The position numbers and the translations under genes were made by a program. A model generated the notes under the pieces. It was not told the DNA's origin. It saw nothing but the letters and a program-made list of their open reading frames with translations, and ran no database searches. A stretch of DNA of 63,221 nucleotides, filler included. It is 5 parts of 5 records of this genome, joined end to end, with 100 filler letters (N's around TTAATTAATTAA, not from the genome) between each part and the next. Parts side by side here need not be neighbours in the genome. Positions count along the whole stretch, not along the records: positions 7,802 to 35,688 come from DRR723986_7960; 4 more parts are not named here. One strand, 5' to 3'. Shown piece after piece: positions 10,223 to 19,839 of this stretch (position 1 is its first letter; the number at the start of each line of letters is the position of its first letter).

Positions 10223-11446
10223 ATGACGAAAGACATGAAGGATCGCCCCCTAGGTGCAGAACCTCGGGCCCCGCGCGTTATGTTGTACAGCCATGACACT
10301 TTTGGGTTGGGCCACTTGCGGCGGTCCCGGGCCTTGGCCAGTGCCATCACCCAAGCGGACCCTTCAGCGTCGGCACTGATCTTGACTGGATCGCCCGTTG
10401 CGGGCCGGTTCACTTTTCCGCGCCGCGTGGATCATGTCCGCTTGCCCGGTGTGACCAAACGCAGTGATGGCAGCTATGCCTCTCAGACCATTGGCATGGG
10501 AATCGAAGAGGTTACTGACTTACGCTCTGGGATCATTCGCACCACCGCCCAGCAATACGATCCGGACATTCTGATCGTCGACAAAGAACCCACAGGGTTT
10601 CGCGGTGAGCTGCTGCCGACCCTTGAAATGCTGCAGGATTGCGGGCGTACCAAACTGATCTTGGGTCTGCGTGACGTTTTGGATGAGCCCGATGTTCTGG
10701 CCACCGAGTGGGCCCGAAAAGGTGCCGTTGAGGCGACCGAAAAATTCTACGATGAAATCTGGGTCTATGGCATGAAGTCCATCTATGACCCGACTGCTGG
10801 TCTGCCGCTCAGCCCCGCAACCCAAACCCGCATGCATTGGACAGGGTATTTGCGGCGTGATCTGGGACCGATCGGCACCTCGCCCGAGGTCCCGTATATC
10901 CTGATCACACCGGGTGGCGGTGGCGATGGCAAAGCCATGGTCAACTTGGTCTTGTCCGCCTACGAACAAGATCCCGATCTTTCCCCCCGCGCTGTCCTTG
11001 TTTACGGGCCCTTCCTGTCTGGTGAATTACGTGCAGATTTCGAAGAACGCGTCGAGGCCCTGAACGGTCGCGTGACGGCGGTTGGCTTTGAATCGCAGAT
11101 CGAAACCCTGTTTGCCGGGGCCCAAGGCGTGGTCTGCATGGGTGGTTACAATACCTTTTGCGAAGTTCTGTCTTTTGACAAACGCGCCGTAATCGTCCCC
11201 CGCACCGTACCCCGCCTGGAACAGTGGTTGCGCGCCTCGCGCGCTGAAAAGTTGGGGCTGGTCCGTATGCTGGACGAAAACCGGGATGGGTTAACACCCG
11301 AATCGATGATCCGAGCTATCCGCGAACTCAGCAATCAGCCGCTTCCTTCGCATGCGATGACAGACGGGTTGCTAGACGGTTTGGACTACGTCACCCAGCG
11401 GGTCGACACCCTTTTGCAATCAAATGCCGAACAGGCCGCTCAATGA
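10223..11446 (+). CDS. GT-B glycosyltransferase (GT1/GT28-like, COG4671-type)
   Basis: Motifs YSHDTFGLGHLRRS, TPGGGGDG and MGGYNTFCE...VPR...EQ. Start moved to ATG 10223. Confidence 0.85.
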   Translation: MTKDMKDRPLGAEPRAPRVMLYSHDTFGLGHLRRSRALASAITQADPSASALILTGSPVAGRFTFPRRVDHVRLPGVTKRSDGSYASQTIGMGIEEVTDLRSGIIRTTAQQYDPDILIVDKEPTGFRGELLPTLEMLQDCGRTKLILGLRDVLDEPDVLATEWARKGAVEATEKFYDEIWVYGMKSIYDPTAGLPLSPATQTRMHWTGYLRRDLGPIGTSPEVPYILITPGGGGDGKAMVNLVLSAYEQDPDLSPRAVLVYGPFLSGELRADFEERVEALNGRVTAVGFESQIETLFAGAQGVVCMGGYNTFCEVLSFDKRAVIVPRTVPRLEQWLRASRAEKLGLVRMLDENRDGLTPESMIRAIRELSNQPLPSHAMTDGLLDGLDYVTQRVDTLLQSNAEQAAQ

Positions 11447-12702
11447 CTCAGAACACCCCGGCGTTGGCCGTTGTCGTCAAAGGATGGCCACGGCTGTCAG
11501 AAACGTTCATTGCCCAAGAGCTTGTCGCGCTAGAAGAGGCCGGCCACGATTTTGAAATCTGGTCGCTGCGGTATCCCACGGACAAAAAGCGCCACCCCTT
11601 GCATGATCGTCTCAAGGCGCGGGTGCGTTATTTGCCCGAATATCTGCATGAAGACCCTGCCCGCGTTTGGGCGGCCCGTGAGATTGCGCAACGCCTACCC
11701 GGCTATAGCGAAGCCTATCGCATCTGGCGGCAGGATTTGGCGCGCGACCGAAACCTGAACCGCATCCGCCGTTTTGGGCAAGCCTGTGTTCTAGCCGCCG
11801 AATTACCGGCGGACACGCATGGATTATACGCCCATTTTATGCATACGCCGTCGTCCGTTGCGCGCTATGCCGCGATCATGCGTGATTTGCCGTGGAGCTT
11901 TTCAGCACACGCCAAAGACATCTGGACATCGCCAGAGTGGGAAAAGCGCGAAAAGCTGCAGTCTAACACTTATGGTGCAGAATTTGGCGCCACCTGCACC
12001 GCCTTTGGGGCCGTGCATCTGCGCAAGATGTCAGATGATCCGGCACGGGTGGATCTGATCTATCACGGCTTGGATCTGACACGGTTTCCTGCCCCTCCGG
12101 AAAAAGGCCCGGCAGACTTGCGAAAGCCGACGGACCCCTTTCACATGGTCTCCGTTGGGCGTTTGGTCGAGAAAAAGGGCTTTGATAAACTGATCGCCGC
12201 CTTTGCCCAATTGCCGTCAACCTTGGATTGGCATTGGACCCATATCGGTGGCGGCGACCTCAAAGACCCGCTGACAGCACAAGCCGTGTCTGCTGGTGTT
12301 GCAGAGCGTATTACCTGGCGCGGGGCCTGCGACCAGCCCGAGGTGATTTCGGCCATGCGCGACGCCGACCTGTTTGTCCTGCCCAGCCGGGTTGCCGCAG
12401 ATGGGGACCGCGATGGCCTGCCAAATGTTCTGATGGAAGCCGCCTCGCAATTGCTGCCAATCCTATCGACACCGGTTTCGGCCATTCCTGAATTCATCGA
12501 CACTGGCACACACGGCACCCTGAGCGACGATGATCCGGCAGCGTTGGCCCAAGCCATCACCGAGATCGCAGCCGACCCGACCCACACACAGTCCATGGCA
12601 CAGGCCGCCCGCACTCGATTGACCCAAGATTTTGGGATGAATCCGGGCATTGCGCGATTGTCCAAGCGGTTGCACAATCTCTGCCAGCCCATCAGCTCAT
12701 GA
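11443..12702 (+). CDS. GT4 family glycosyltransferase
   Basis: Motifs GWPRLSETFIAQE, VGRLVEKKGF and DGLPNVLMEA. ATGA overlap with the upstream gene. Confidence 0.9.
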   Translation: MTQNTPALAVVVKGWPRLSETFIAQELVALEEAGHDFEIWSLRYPTDKKRHPLHDRLKARVRYLPEYLHEDPARVWAAREIAQRLPGYSEAYRIWRQDLARDRNLNRIRRFGQACVLAAELPADTHGLYAHFMHTPSSVARYAAIMRDLPWSFSAHAKDIWTSPEWEKREKLQSNTYGAEFGATCTAFGAVHLRKMSDDPARVDLIYHGLDLTRFPAPPEKGPADLRKPTDPFHMVSVGRLVEKKGFDKLIAAFAQLPSTLDWHWTHIGGGDLKDPLTAQAVSAGVAERITWRGACDQPEVISAMRDADLFVLPSRVAADGDRDGLPNVLMEAASQLLPILSTPVSAIPEFIDTGTHGTLSDDDPAALAQAITEIAADPTHTQSMAQAARTRLTQDFGMNPGIARLSKRLHNLCQPISS

Positions 12703-13772
12703 CCCGCGTCGCGTTTTATGCGCCGATGAAATCCCCCTTTGACGCCGTGCCTTCGGGTGATCGTGAAATGGCGCGGAACCTGATGTCCGCGATTGGGTTG
12801 AATGGGGCTGCGGTTGATCTCGTCTCAGACCTGCGGATCTATGACAAAACCGGAAATAAACAGGTCCAAAGCAAGTTGCGCCAAGCCGCACAGGCCGAGG
12901 TGGATCGCCTCTGCTCAGTGGTAACACACGACACCCAGCTTTGGGTGACATATCACAACTATTACAAAGCCCCCGACCTGGTCGGCCCAGCAGTTTGTCG
13001 CGCTTTAAGCATTCCTTATGTTCAGATCGAAAGCACGCGGGCGCTTAGTCGTCTCACCGGACCTTGGGCTGATTTTGCACAGGCCGCGCATGACGCCTGC
13101 GATGCAGCGGACGCCATCTATTATTTAACCGCTAATGACCTGATCACGCTAGAACGAGAACAGACAAATCATCAAGCGCTGGCGCACCTGCACCCCTTCC
13201 TGCCTTATCAGAACCTTCCTGCGGCTTCGGGTTTAACCGGCCCGATGTTAAGCGTCGGAATGATGCGTCGTGGGGATAAATTGGCGTCTTATCACATCAT
13301 CGCTGAGACCCTTCATCAACTGAGCGGGTCATGGCAGCTGGACATTGTTGGCGATGGACCTGCGCGCGCCGAGGTCGAACAGATGATGGCACCTTTTGGC
13401 GATCGTGTTCGATTTCTGGGACAACTGGACAGACGCGACCTGCAACAGGTCTATGCCCAAGCCAGTCTGTTCTTATGGCCGGGTGTGAACGAAGCGTTTG
13501 GCATGGTCTATCTTGAGGCCCAAGCCGCAGGCGTTCCTGTGATTGCGCAAGATCGCCCCGGCGTGCGCGATGTTGTTCTGAGCCCTGACGCCCCTCACCC
13601 GGATGAGGGTCCGCACGCCTTGGCCGCGCAAATCATAACCCTTTTGCACGATCCCGTGAAACACAAACATCTTGGTGAAAGCGCCAGACGCGGCATTGCC
13701 CAATCGCACCTCATTGGCGCAACATCCAAACTGTTCTGGGCCACGGCCACCCCTCTGCTAAAGGAAATCTGA
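12699..13772 (+). CDS. GT4 family glycosyltransferase
   Basis: Motifs PSGDREMAR and EAFGMVYLEAQAAGVPV (EX7E). ATGA overlap. Confidence 0.88.
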   Translation: MTRVAFYAPMKSPFDAVPSGDREMARNLMSAIGLNGAAVDLVSDLRIYDKTGNKQVQSKLRQAAQAEVDRLCSVVTHDTQLWVTYHNYYKAPDLVGPAVCRALSIPYVQIESTRALSRLTGPWADFAQAAHDACDAADAIYYLTANDLITLEREQTNHQALAHLHPFLPYQNLPAASGLTGPMLSVGMMRRGDKLASYHIIAETLHQLSGSWQLDIVGDGPARAEVEQMMAPFGDRVRFLGQLDRRDLQQVYAQASLFLWPGVNEAFGMVYLEAQAAGVPVIAQDRPGVRDVVLSPDAPHPDEGPHALAAQIITLLHDPVKHKHLGESARRGIAQSHLIGATSKLFWATATPLLKEI

Positions 13773-14356
13773 TGCCTCGTCTTGCTTTGATCCGCCATGG
13801 CCATACAGACTGGAACCGCGCAGGCCGCATTCAGGGGCGCAGCGATATCCCACTGGATGATGCGGCACGCGCAGAGCTTGCGGAATTTGCACTACCGGCC
13901 CCATGGGACGCGGCTGATCTTTGGGCCAGCCCCCTGCACCGTGCCCGTGAAACCGCCGAAATCATCGCCGGCAGAGCCCCCAAAACAGCACCAGATCTTA
14001 CGGAGATGAACTGGGGCGATTGGGAAGGGTTGCGTGGCATCGATCTGGTCGAACAACCTGACAGCGGGTTTCGCCACATCGAGGATTGGGGATGGGATTA
14101 TCGCCCCCCCAACGGCGAAAGCCCGGCCGAGGTCTGGAGCCGGATTGAGCCTTGGGTCAAAGGGATCACAACAGACACCATCGCAGTCTGTCACATTGGC
14201 ATCATGCGCATGATACTTGCCAAAGCCTATGGTTGGAATTTTTCGGGTCCTGCCCCGTTTCGGATCAAACGCAACCGGCTGTTTGTGGTTGACCTGCCTG
14301 ACATGCAACCCTGGCCAGAGCCCGTGCGCCTGATAAAACGGACCGCGCTCGCATGA
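13772..14356 (+). CDS. Histidine phosphatase (phosphoglycerate mutase-like) family protein
   Basis: Motifs LIRHGHTDWN, QGRSDIPL, SPLHRARETA, E-WGDWEG and VCH. TGATG overlap. Confidence 0.9.
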   Translation: MPRLALIRHGHTDWNRAGRIQGRSDIPLDDAARAELAEFALPAPWDAADLWASPLHRARETAEIIAGRAPKTAPDLTEMNWGDWEGLRGIDLVEQPDSGFRHIEDWGWDYRPPNGESPAEVWSRIEPWVKGITTDTIAVCHIGIMRMILAKAYGWNFSGPAPFRIKRNRLFVVDLPDMQPWPEPVRLIKRTALA

Positions 14357-15495
14357 AAGTCATGATTGCAGTGACCCATTTGTTGGGCACGGGACACCTG
14401 AGCCGGGCCTTGAATCTGGGCCGGGCCTTTGCCGCCGAGGGTCATCAGGTACAAATCTTGTCGGGCGGGCTGTCGGTTCCTCAGCTTGATCACAACGGTG
14501 TCGATCTTATCCAGCTCCCCGCGCTGCGATCGGATGGGGTGAATTTCACCCGTCTTCTGACGGAGGCTGGAGAGGTCGCGTCGCCTGAGTATCTGGCTGC
14601 GCGAGTGCAGACTGCTGTCTCAGCGCTGAATAGCTTTGCCCCAGATGTCTTGGTTACCGAGCTGTTCCCCTTTGGCCGCCGGGTTTTGCGGGCTGAATTT
14701 CTAACCCTGTTAGAGGCCGCACGCGCGCTTCCCTTCAGGCCCATAATTGCAGCGTCGATCCGCGACATCCTTGCTCCGCCTTCCAAACCCGCAAAAGCCG
14801 TTCAAACAGATGCGATTGTTGCCGATTACTATGATGCGGTTTTGGTCCATTCCGATCCCCAAACCACCCGACTTGAGGCAAGTTGGCCGGTCTCAGATCA
14901 GTTGGCCCCCAAAATACAATACACAGGTTACGTCGCCCCCCCAGAGGTGGGTCCACATCCAACCAAAGCCGGATCGGGCGAAATACTCGTCAGCGCTGGT
15001 GGTGGATCTGTTGGCCAAAGCATTTTTCGTACGGCCATCGAGGCCTCCCGAAAAACCACCAACCGGCGCTGGCGCTTGTTGGTTGGGGGGCAGAACGCAC
15101 CGGCGCTCATCTCCGAACTGTTGCAACTGGCGCAGGGCGCACCCGTTGCGATTGAACGCGCGCAGCCAGATTTTCGTCAGATGCTAATCCATGCGCACGC
15201 GTCCGTCAGCATGTGCGGATACAATACCACATTGGATTTACTTCAGGCCCAAACCCCGGCAGTCATCATCCCCTTTGATGAGGGGGGAGAGGTCGAACAA
15301 ACCCTGCGCGCGGACAGTTTGGCTCACATGCCCGGTATTGAAGTTGTTTATGGTTCGGACCTAACGCCCAATGCACTGCTCAGCGCGTTAGACAAAACGA
15401 TCCAAGCCCCGCGTCGGGATACCGTCGCGCTGAGTTTCGCCGGGGCTGCTCAGACTGTACAGATCATACAGAACCTCAAAGAGGCTAACCAATGA
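14353..15495 (+). CDS. GT-B glycosyltransferase (GT28 C-terminal/COG4671-type), paralogue of 10223-11446
   Basis: Motifs THLLGTGHLSRA, ELFPFGRR, SAGGGSVG and SMCGYNT...EQTLRA. Confidence 0.85.
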   Translation: MKVMIAVTHLLGTGHLSRALNLGRAFAAEGHQVQILSGGLSVPQLDHNGVDLIQLPALRSDGVNFTRLLTEAGEVASPEYLAARVQTAVSALNSFAPDVLVTELFPFGRRVLRAEFLTLLEAARALPFRPIIAASIRDILAPPSKPAKAVQTDAIVADYYDAVLVHSDPQTTRLEASWPVSDQLAPKIQYTGYVAPPEVGPHPTKAGSGEILVSAGGGSVGQSIFRTAIEASRKTTNRRWRLLVGGQNAPALISELLQLAQGAPVAIERAQPDFRQMLIHAHASVSMCGYNTTLDLLQAQTPAVIIPFDEGGEVEQTLRADSLAHMPGIEVVYGSDLTPNALLSALDKTIQAPRRDTVALSFAGAAQTVQIIQNLKEANQ

Positions 15496-16253
15496 GCGTA
15501 GATTGGGCCCCGTTAGATCAAGAATTAGCTGATTGGCGTGCAGCAGGAATGGTTTTGCCGCTTTGGTGGCGGGACGATGACGCCATCGAACCGACACCAG
15601 AATTGGACCGCTTATCTGAGTTATCAGAGGCACTAGGTCTGCCTGTTCATATCGCGGTCATCCCGGCCACTGCCACGCGCGAACTCGCCACATATTTTGC
15701 CACCCGCCCCCACCTCATCCCAGTCGTGCATGGCTGGGCCCATCAGAACCACGCCCCAGCGGACCAGAAAAAGGTCGAAGTAGGCACACACCGGCCAGCA
15801 CCTGTTGTTCTGGATGAAATCAAACGTGGTCAAACACGCCTGGCAGGCTTGTTTGGCCATACGCTGCGCCCGATGTTTGTCCCTCCTTGGAACCGGATTG
15901 CACCCGAGGTGCGCGACGGGTTACCCAAATTGGGCTTCAAGATCCTCTCGACTGCCACCCCCCGCAAGCAATCGGCAGCGGCACTGGGATTAGAACAGAT
16001 CAACACCCACCTAGATCCTATCGATTGGCGCAGCACCCGCAGCCTTGTGCCTACGACCCGTTTGATCGAACAAACCGTAAAACTGCTGAAAGACCGCCGA
16101 GAGGGCAGAACAGACGCCAGCGAACCCTTTGGCCTGTTGACGCATCACCTTGTCCATGATGAACAGATCTGGACGTTTACACGTGACTTTGTGGCCCGCC
16201 TGATGGCTGGACCTGTTCAGGTTTGGACCGCGCCGACCGCAGAAAATGAATAA
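15492..16253 (+). CDS. Polysaccharide deacetylase-like (NodB/CE4-related fold) protein
   Basis: Motifs WWRDDD, AVIP, HGWAHQNH, FVPPWNR and LTHH. Confidence 0.75.
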   Translation: MSVDWAPLDQELADWRAAGMVLPLWWRDDDAIEPTPELDRLSELSEALGLPVHIAVIPATATRELATYFATRPHLIPVVHGWAHQNHAPADQKKVEVGTHRPAPVVLDEIKRGQTRLAGLFGHTLRPMFVPPWNRIAPEVRDGLPKLGFKILSTATPRKQSAAALGLEQINTHLDPIDWRSTRSLVPTTRLIEQTVKLLKDRREGRTDASEPFGLLTHHLVHDEQIWTFTRDFVARLMAGPVQVWTAPTAENE

Positions 16254-16265
16254 GGAATTCGCCTG

Positions 16266-16742
16266 ATGAGCCGACTGGATTCGATGCTCCGCCGTTTGAC
16301 AGCACAACGGGACGGTCTGAGCTGGGCCGCCCAACAGATTGCAGATATGCCCGGTGATGTTCTGGATATGGGATTGGGCAATGGGCGCACTTATGATCAC
16401 TTGCGGGAAACCCTGCCAGATCGCCGGATTTGGGTGATGGATCGCGTCCTGCAATGCCACCCGTCCTGCACCCCCCCTGCCGAGGATTTCCTGCAAGGCG
16501 AAGCGGAACCCATGCTTACCGAATTGGTGAAACGCGGCACGCGCATCGCGTTGGCGCACTACGATTTCGGCTCTGGCATCAAAGCGGACGATGTACAAGA
16601 ATCCGCGCACCTCAGCCCACTGATTGCCGCTGTAATGAAACCCGGCGCGCTGATCATATCAGGCCAACCGCTTGTCGGATTTCAGCAGGTCACCGGCCCA
16701 GAGACCATCGCCCCGGATCGGTATTTGTTCTATCGCGCCTAA
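16266..16742 (+). CDS. Small class I SAM-dependent methyltransferase (Methyltransf_17-like)
   Basis: MSRLDS..RRLTAQR N-terminus and glycine-rich motif I, VLDMGLGNGRTYDHLRE. Confidence 0.78.
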   Translation: MSRLDSMLRRLTAQRDGLSWAAQQIADMPGDVLDMGLGNGRTYDHLRETLPDRRIWVMDRVLQCHPSCTPPAEDFLQGEAEPMLTELVKRGTRIALAHYDFGSGIKADDVQESAHLSPLIAAVMKPGALIISGQPLVGFQQVTGPETIAPDRYLFYRA

Positions 16743-16743
16743 C

Positions 16744-17883
16744 TCAGGCGATGTGCTGACCACGCGACCACACAGCCCGCAGGGCCGGAACCCCGGCCCG
16801 CATCCGGAATCGCAGCAAATCGGCCCGCGCACCGATCCGTATCTCGCCGCGATCCGACAGTCCAACAGCCTGCGCCGGCGCAAGGGTCGCGGTGCGAATG
16901 CCACGTGCCATATCCCCCCAAAGTTCGCCCACTTTCACGGCAGACAACAACAGCGCAGAGGGCACATAATCTGACGACACAATGTCGAGCAGATCCAGTT
17001 CGGCCAACTCGCGCGCAGCCACATTGCCAGAATGCGATCCGCCCCGGATCAAATTGGGTGCCCCCATCATAACCTGAATCCCATGGTCATGGCAGGCGCG
17101 TGCCGCCTCAACCGTGGTTGGGAATTCAGCCAGCTTTATCCCATGCCCTGCCGATGTCGCCACTTGGTCTGCGGTGGTGTCATCATGGCTGGCAAGAACT
17201 GCGCCAAACCGGTTTGCGGCCTTTACCGCTTCGACCTCGTGCAGGTCGCCATATTGCGCACGCAGTGCATTCAGATGCGCGACATGGTCAGCGAACTGGG
17301 CCGCATCCATACCATGTTTGCCACGAACGTAGGCCTCGAACTTAGAGATATCCCGGAATTGACGCTGTCCCGGTGTGTGATCCATCAAAGAGACCAGACC
17401 GACACGATCCTGTTCTCCGAATTCAGCAAGCTCCTCGACCAGTGAATTGGAACACACTTCGGCCCGCAGGTGCATGAAGTGGCTGATTTTCAACGCATCC
17501 GCTGCCCGTAGTTCCAACAACTCGCTGGCCAGACCGCGCGCATATCGCCCATAACGGCCCCCTTTATCAATCGACCCCACCCGCATCGCATCAAAGACGG
17601 TGGTGATGCCGGTCCCGGCCAATTCGGCGTCATGGGCGATGATGGCCGCGGCGTGGGGCCAGTCGACTTTGGGTCGGGGTTGAATATGGCGCTCTAGGTT
17701 ATCGGTGTGCAGCTCAACCAGACCTGGGGTGATAAAATCCCCCTCGCAGTCGCGCGCGCCCACCGGCACAGTGGTGCCATCGGCGATATCAGTGATGATT
17801 CCACCTGAGATCCGAATGCTACCGCGGCGGGTCTCATTGGATAAAACAAGGGTGGCATTGGCAAGGATCAACTCTTCTGTCAT
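16744..17883 (-). CDS. phnM: Alpha-D-ribose 1-methylphosphonate 5-triphosphate diphosphatase
   Basis: Motifs PGLVELHTDNLERH, SLMDHTPGQRQF, ASHDD, GAPNLIRGGSHSGNVAA and SSDYVP. Confidence 0.95.
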   Translation of the reverse strand: MTEELILANATLVLSNETRRGSIRISGGIITDIADGTTVPVGARDCEGDFITPGLVELHTDNLERHIQPRPKVDWPHAAAIIAHDAELAGTGITTVFDAMRVGSIDKGGRYGRYARGLASELLELRAADALKISHFMHLRAEVCSNSLVEELAEFGEQDRVGLVSLMDHTPGQRQFRDISKFEAYVRGKHGMDAAQFADHVAHLNALRAQYGDLHEVEAVKAANRFGAVLASHDDTTADQVATSAGHGIKLAEFPTTVEAARACHDHGIQVMMGAPNLIRGGSHSGNVAARELAELDLLDIVSSDYVPSALLLSAVKVGELWGDMARGIRTATLAPAQAVGLSDRGEIRIGARADLLRFRMRAGVPALRAVWSRGQHIA

Positions 17884-17936
17884 CGGAACTTCACATGGTT
17901 TGAGCTATTGGGAAGGCCACGACATAGGAGGCCAAT

Positions 17937-18626
17937 GTGACATTTACGCGATACGCGCTCTACTTTGCGCCGCCCACTGGGGCGGACTGGACTAAATTCG
18001 GGGCGTCCTGGCTGGGCTGGGACATGGAAACCGGTACGCAGGTTGCACACCCTTTGCTGGATGATCTGCCGGTGGCCGAGATTACCGACACCCCGTGCAA
18101 ATACGGGTTGCACGGGACGATGAAGCCGCCCTTTCGACTGGCCGAGGGGCAAACGGTTGAGGCCCTGAGACAAGCCTGCGCCGATCTGGCCGCCAGCACC
18201 GCCCCGGTTCATCTGGAGGGGCTGGAACTGGCCCAGCTGGGCAAGTTTTTGGCTTTGCGCCCGACCGGAGATATCGCGCCACTCGGCGCGTTGGCGGCGG
18301 AATGCGTGCGAGGATTGGATCGTTTTCGTGCCCCTGCACCGCAAGCAGAACTGGACAAACGTCGCGCCAAGGGGCTGAGCCCGGCGCAAGAGGCCAATCT
18401 GGTGCAATGGGGCTATCCTTACGTGATGGAGAGCTTCAAATTCCACATCACACTGACCGGACGCTTGGACAAATCGCTGTTGCCCCACGTTCTGACGACG
18501 CTGGACACATATCTGACGCCTGTTCTTCCCAAACCATTTGAAATCAACGATATGGCTTTGATGGGTGAGGATTCCGAGGGACGGTTTCATCTGATCCAAC
18601 GTTACCCCCTCACCGGTGCAAGCTGA
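17937..18626 (+). CDS. DUF1045 phosphonate-metabolism protein (putative 2H phosphoesterase)
   Basis: Motifs RYALYFAP, YGLHGTMKPPF, WGYPYVM and FHITLTG (two HxT motifs). AGGAGG SD before the GTG start. Confidence 0.88.
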   Translation: MTFTRYALYFAPPTGADWTKFGASWLGWDMETGTQVAHPLLDDLPVAEITDTPCKYGLHGTMKPPFRLAEGQTVEALRQACADLAASTAPVHLEGLELAQLGKFLALRPTGDIAPLGALAAECVRGLDRFRAPAPQAELDKRRAKGLSPAQEANLVQWGYPYVMESFKFHITLTGRLDKSLLPHVLTTLDTYLTPVLPKPFEINDMALMGEDSEGRFHLIQRYPLTGAS

Positions 18627-19147
18627 GCAAGGATTGCGTCCACCGTTTGATCCAAAGGCCCGTCGTTGTTGATTTCAACAACACGGGTCAACCCTTCTGG
18701 GAGCGCGACGGATCGGGCTAACCGTTTGGCTTGATCAACCGCAGTTTCCCGCCCCCGATCCGCGACACGCTCTGCAAGGACTTTAGGATCAGCCGTCAAC
18801 GAAATCACGATGAAGTCGCCAAAGGCGTCTTCGGCCTCTTTCAGCACATGTCGCGACAGGTTCACCAAAACGGCCCGCGCAGTTTGACGTTGCTGGGCAA
18901 TCGCAACAGGGATGCCATACTTCAACCCATGTGCCGCCCAGCTGAGCACAAACGCGCCCTGCTCTTGCATGGCATCGAAATCCGAGGGTGACACCCGGGT
19001 GAAATCTTCGCCCTCTTCGCCCTCGGGCCGCGTGATGACCCGCCTAACCGATAGGATCTCAGAATCCCGCGCCATCAACGCCGCCATGACGCTGTCTTTG
19101 CCGACCCCAGAGGGGCCGACAATTGCTATGACAGACGCAAGGCTCAT
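18602..19147 (-). CDS. phnN: Ribose 1,5-bisphosphokinase
   Basis: P-loop [27 protein letters not shown], in phn context. Confidence 0.93.
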   Translation of the reverse strand: MSLASVIAIVGPSGVGKDSVMAALMARDSEILSVRRVITRPEGEEGEDFTRVSPSDFDAMQEQGAFVLSWAAHGLKYGIPVAIAQQRQTARAVLVNLSRHVLKEAEDAFGDFIVISLTADPKVLAERVADRGRETAVDQAKRLARSVALPEGLTRVVEINNDGPLDQTVDAILAQLAPVRG

Positions 19148-19827
19148 GCAGCCATTCCCGGCGTAAAGATCGACACGTCGATTTCACGATCACACACCCG
19201 TTTACGCGCCTCGACATCATGGAAAATACCCACAATGGCCGCACCGCGCGCCTTGGCCTCTTCGATCAGCGACAGAACAGTGGCGCGATTGGTGGCATCC
19301 AGGCTGGCTGTCGGTTCATCCAGCAACATCGCCGGATAGTCATGGGCAAATCCGCGTGCAATATTCACGCGCTGCTGTTCCCCGCCCGAAAAAGTGGTGG
19401 GCGACAGCGACCAGAGCCGTTCGTGAATGTTCAGCCGCGCCAACAAGCCCGCTGCCTTATCCAACGCCGCGTCTTTATCAACGCCCAAGGCCAACAGCGG
19501 ATCGGCCACAACCTCTAGCGTCGGCACCCGAGGCACCACCCGCAGGAACTGACTTACATAGCCAAGCGTCTCACGACGCAGGGCCAAAATCTCGCGCGGT
19601 TCCGCCTGTGCTACATCCAGATCCCCAACCATCACCCGACCCGAAGCCGCCAGATAGTTGCCATAGATCACCCGCATCAGCGTGGATTTCCCAGCGCCCG
19701 AGGCCCCAGTTAGGGCCACACACTCACCGGGCCGTACCCGCAGCGACGCACCCGCCATCACCGGAATAACTGCACTGCCTTGATTGTGCAGGGTGAAGCT
19801 CTTGCTTACGTTTTCGAGTTCAATCAT
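19144..19827 (-). CDS. phnL: C-P lyase ABC-ATPase subunit
   Basis: Motifs [30 protein letters not shown] and [13 protein letters not shown]. Confidence 0.95.
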   Translation of the reverse strand: MIELENVSKSFTLHNQGSAVIPVMAGASLRVRPGECVALTGASGAGKSTLMRVIYGNYLAASGRVMVGDLDVAQAEPREILALRRETLGYVSQFLRVVPRVPTLEVVADPLLALGVDKDAALDKAAGLLARLNIHERLWSLSPTTFSGGEQQRVNIARGFAHDYPAMLLDEPTASLDATNRATVLSLIEEAKARGAAIVGIFHDVEARKRVCDREIDVSIFTPGMAA

Positions 19828-19839
19828 CTCTCTCACCCC

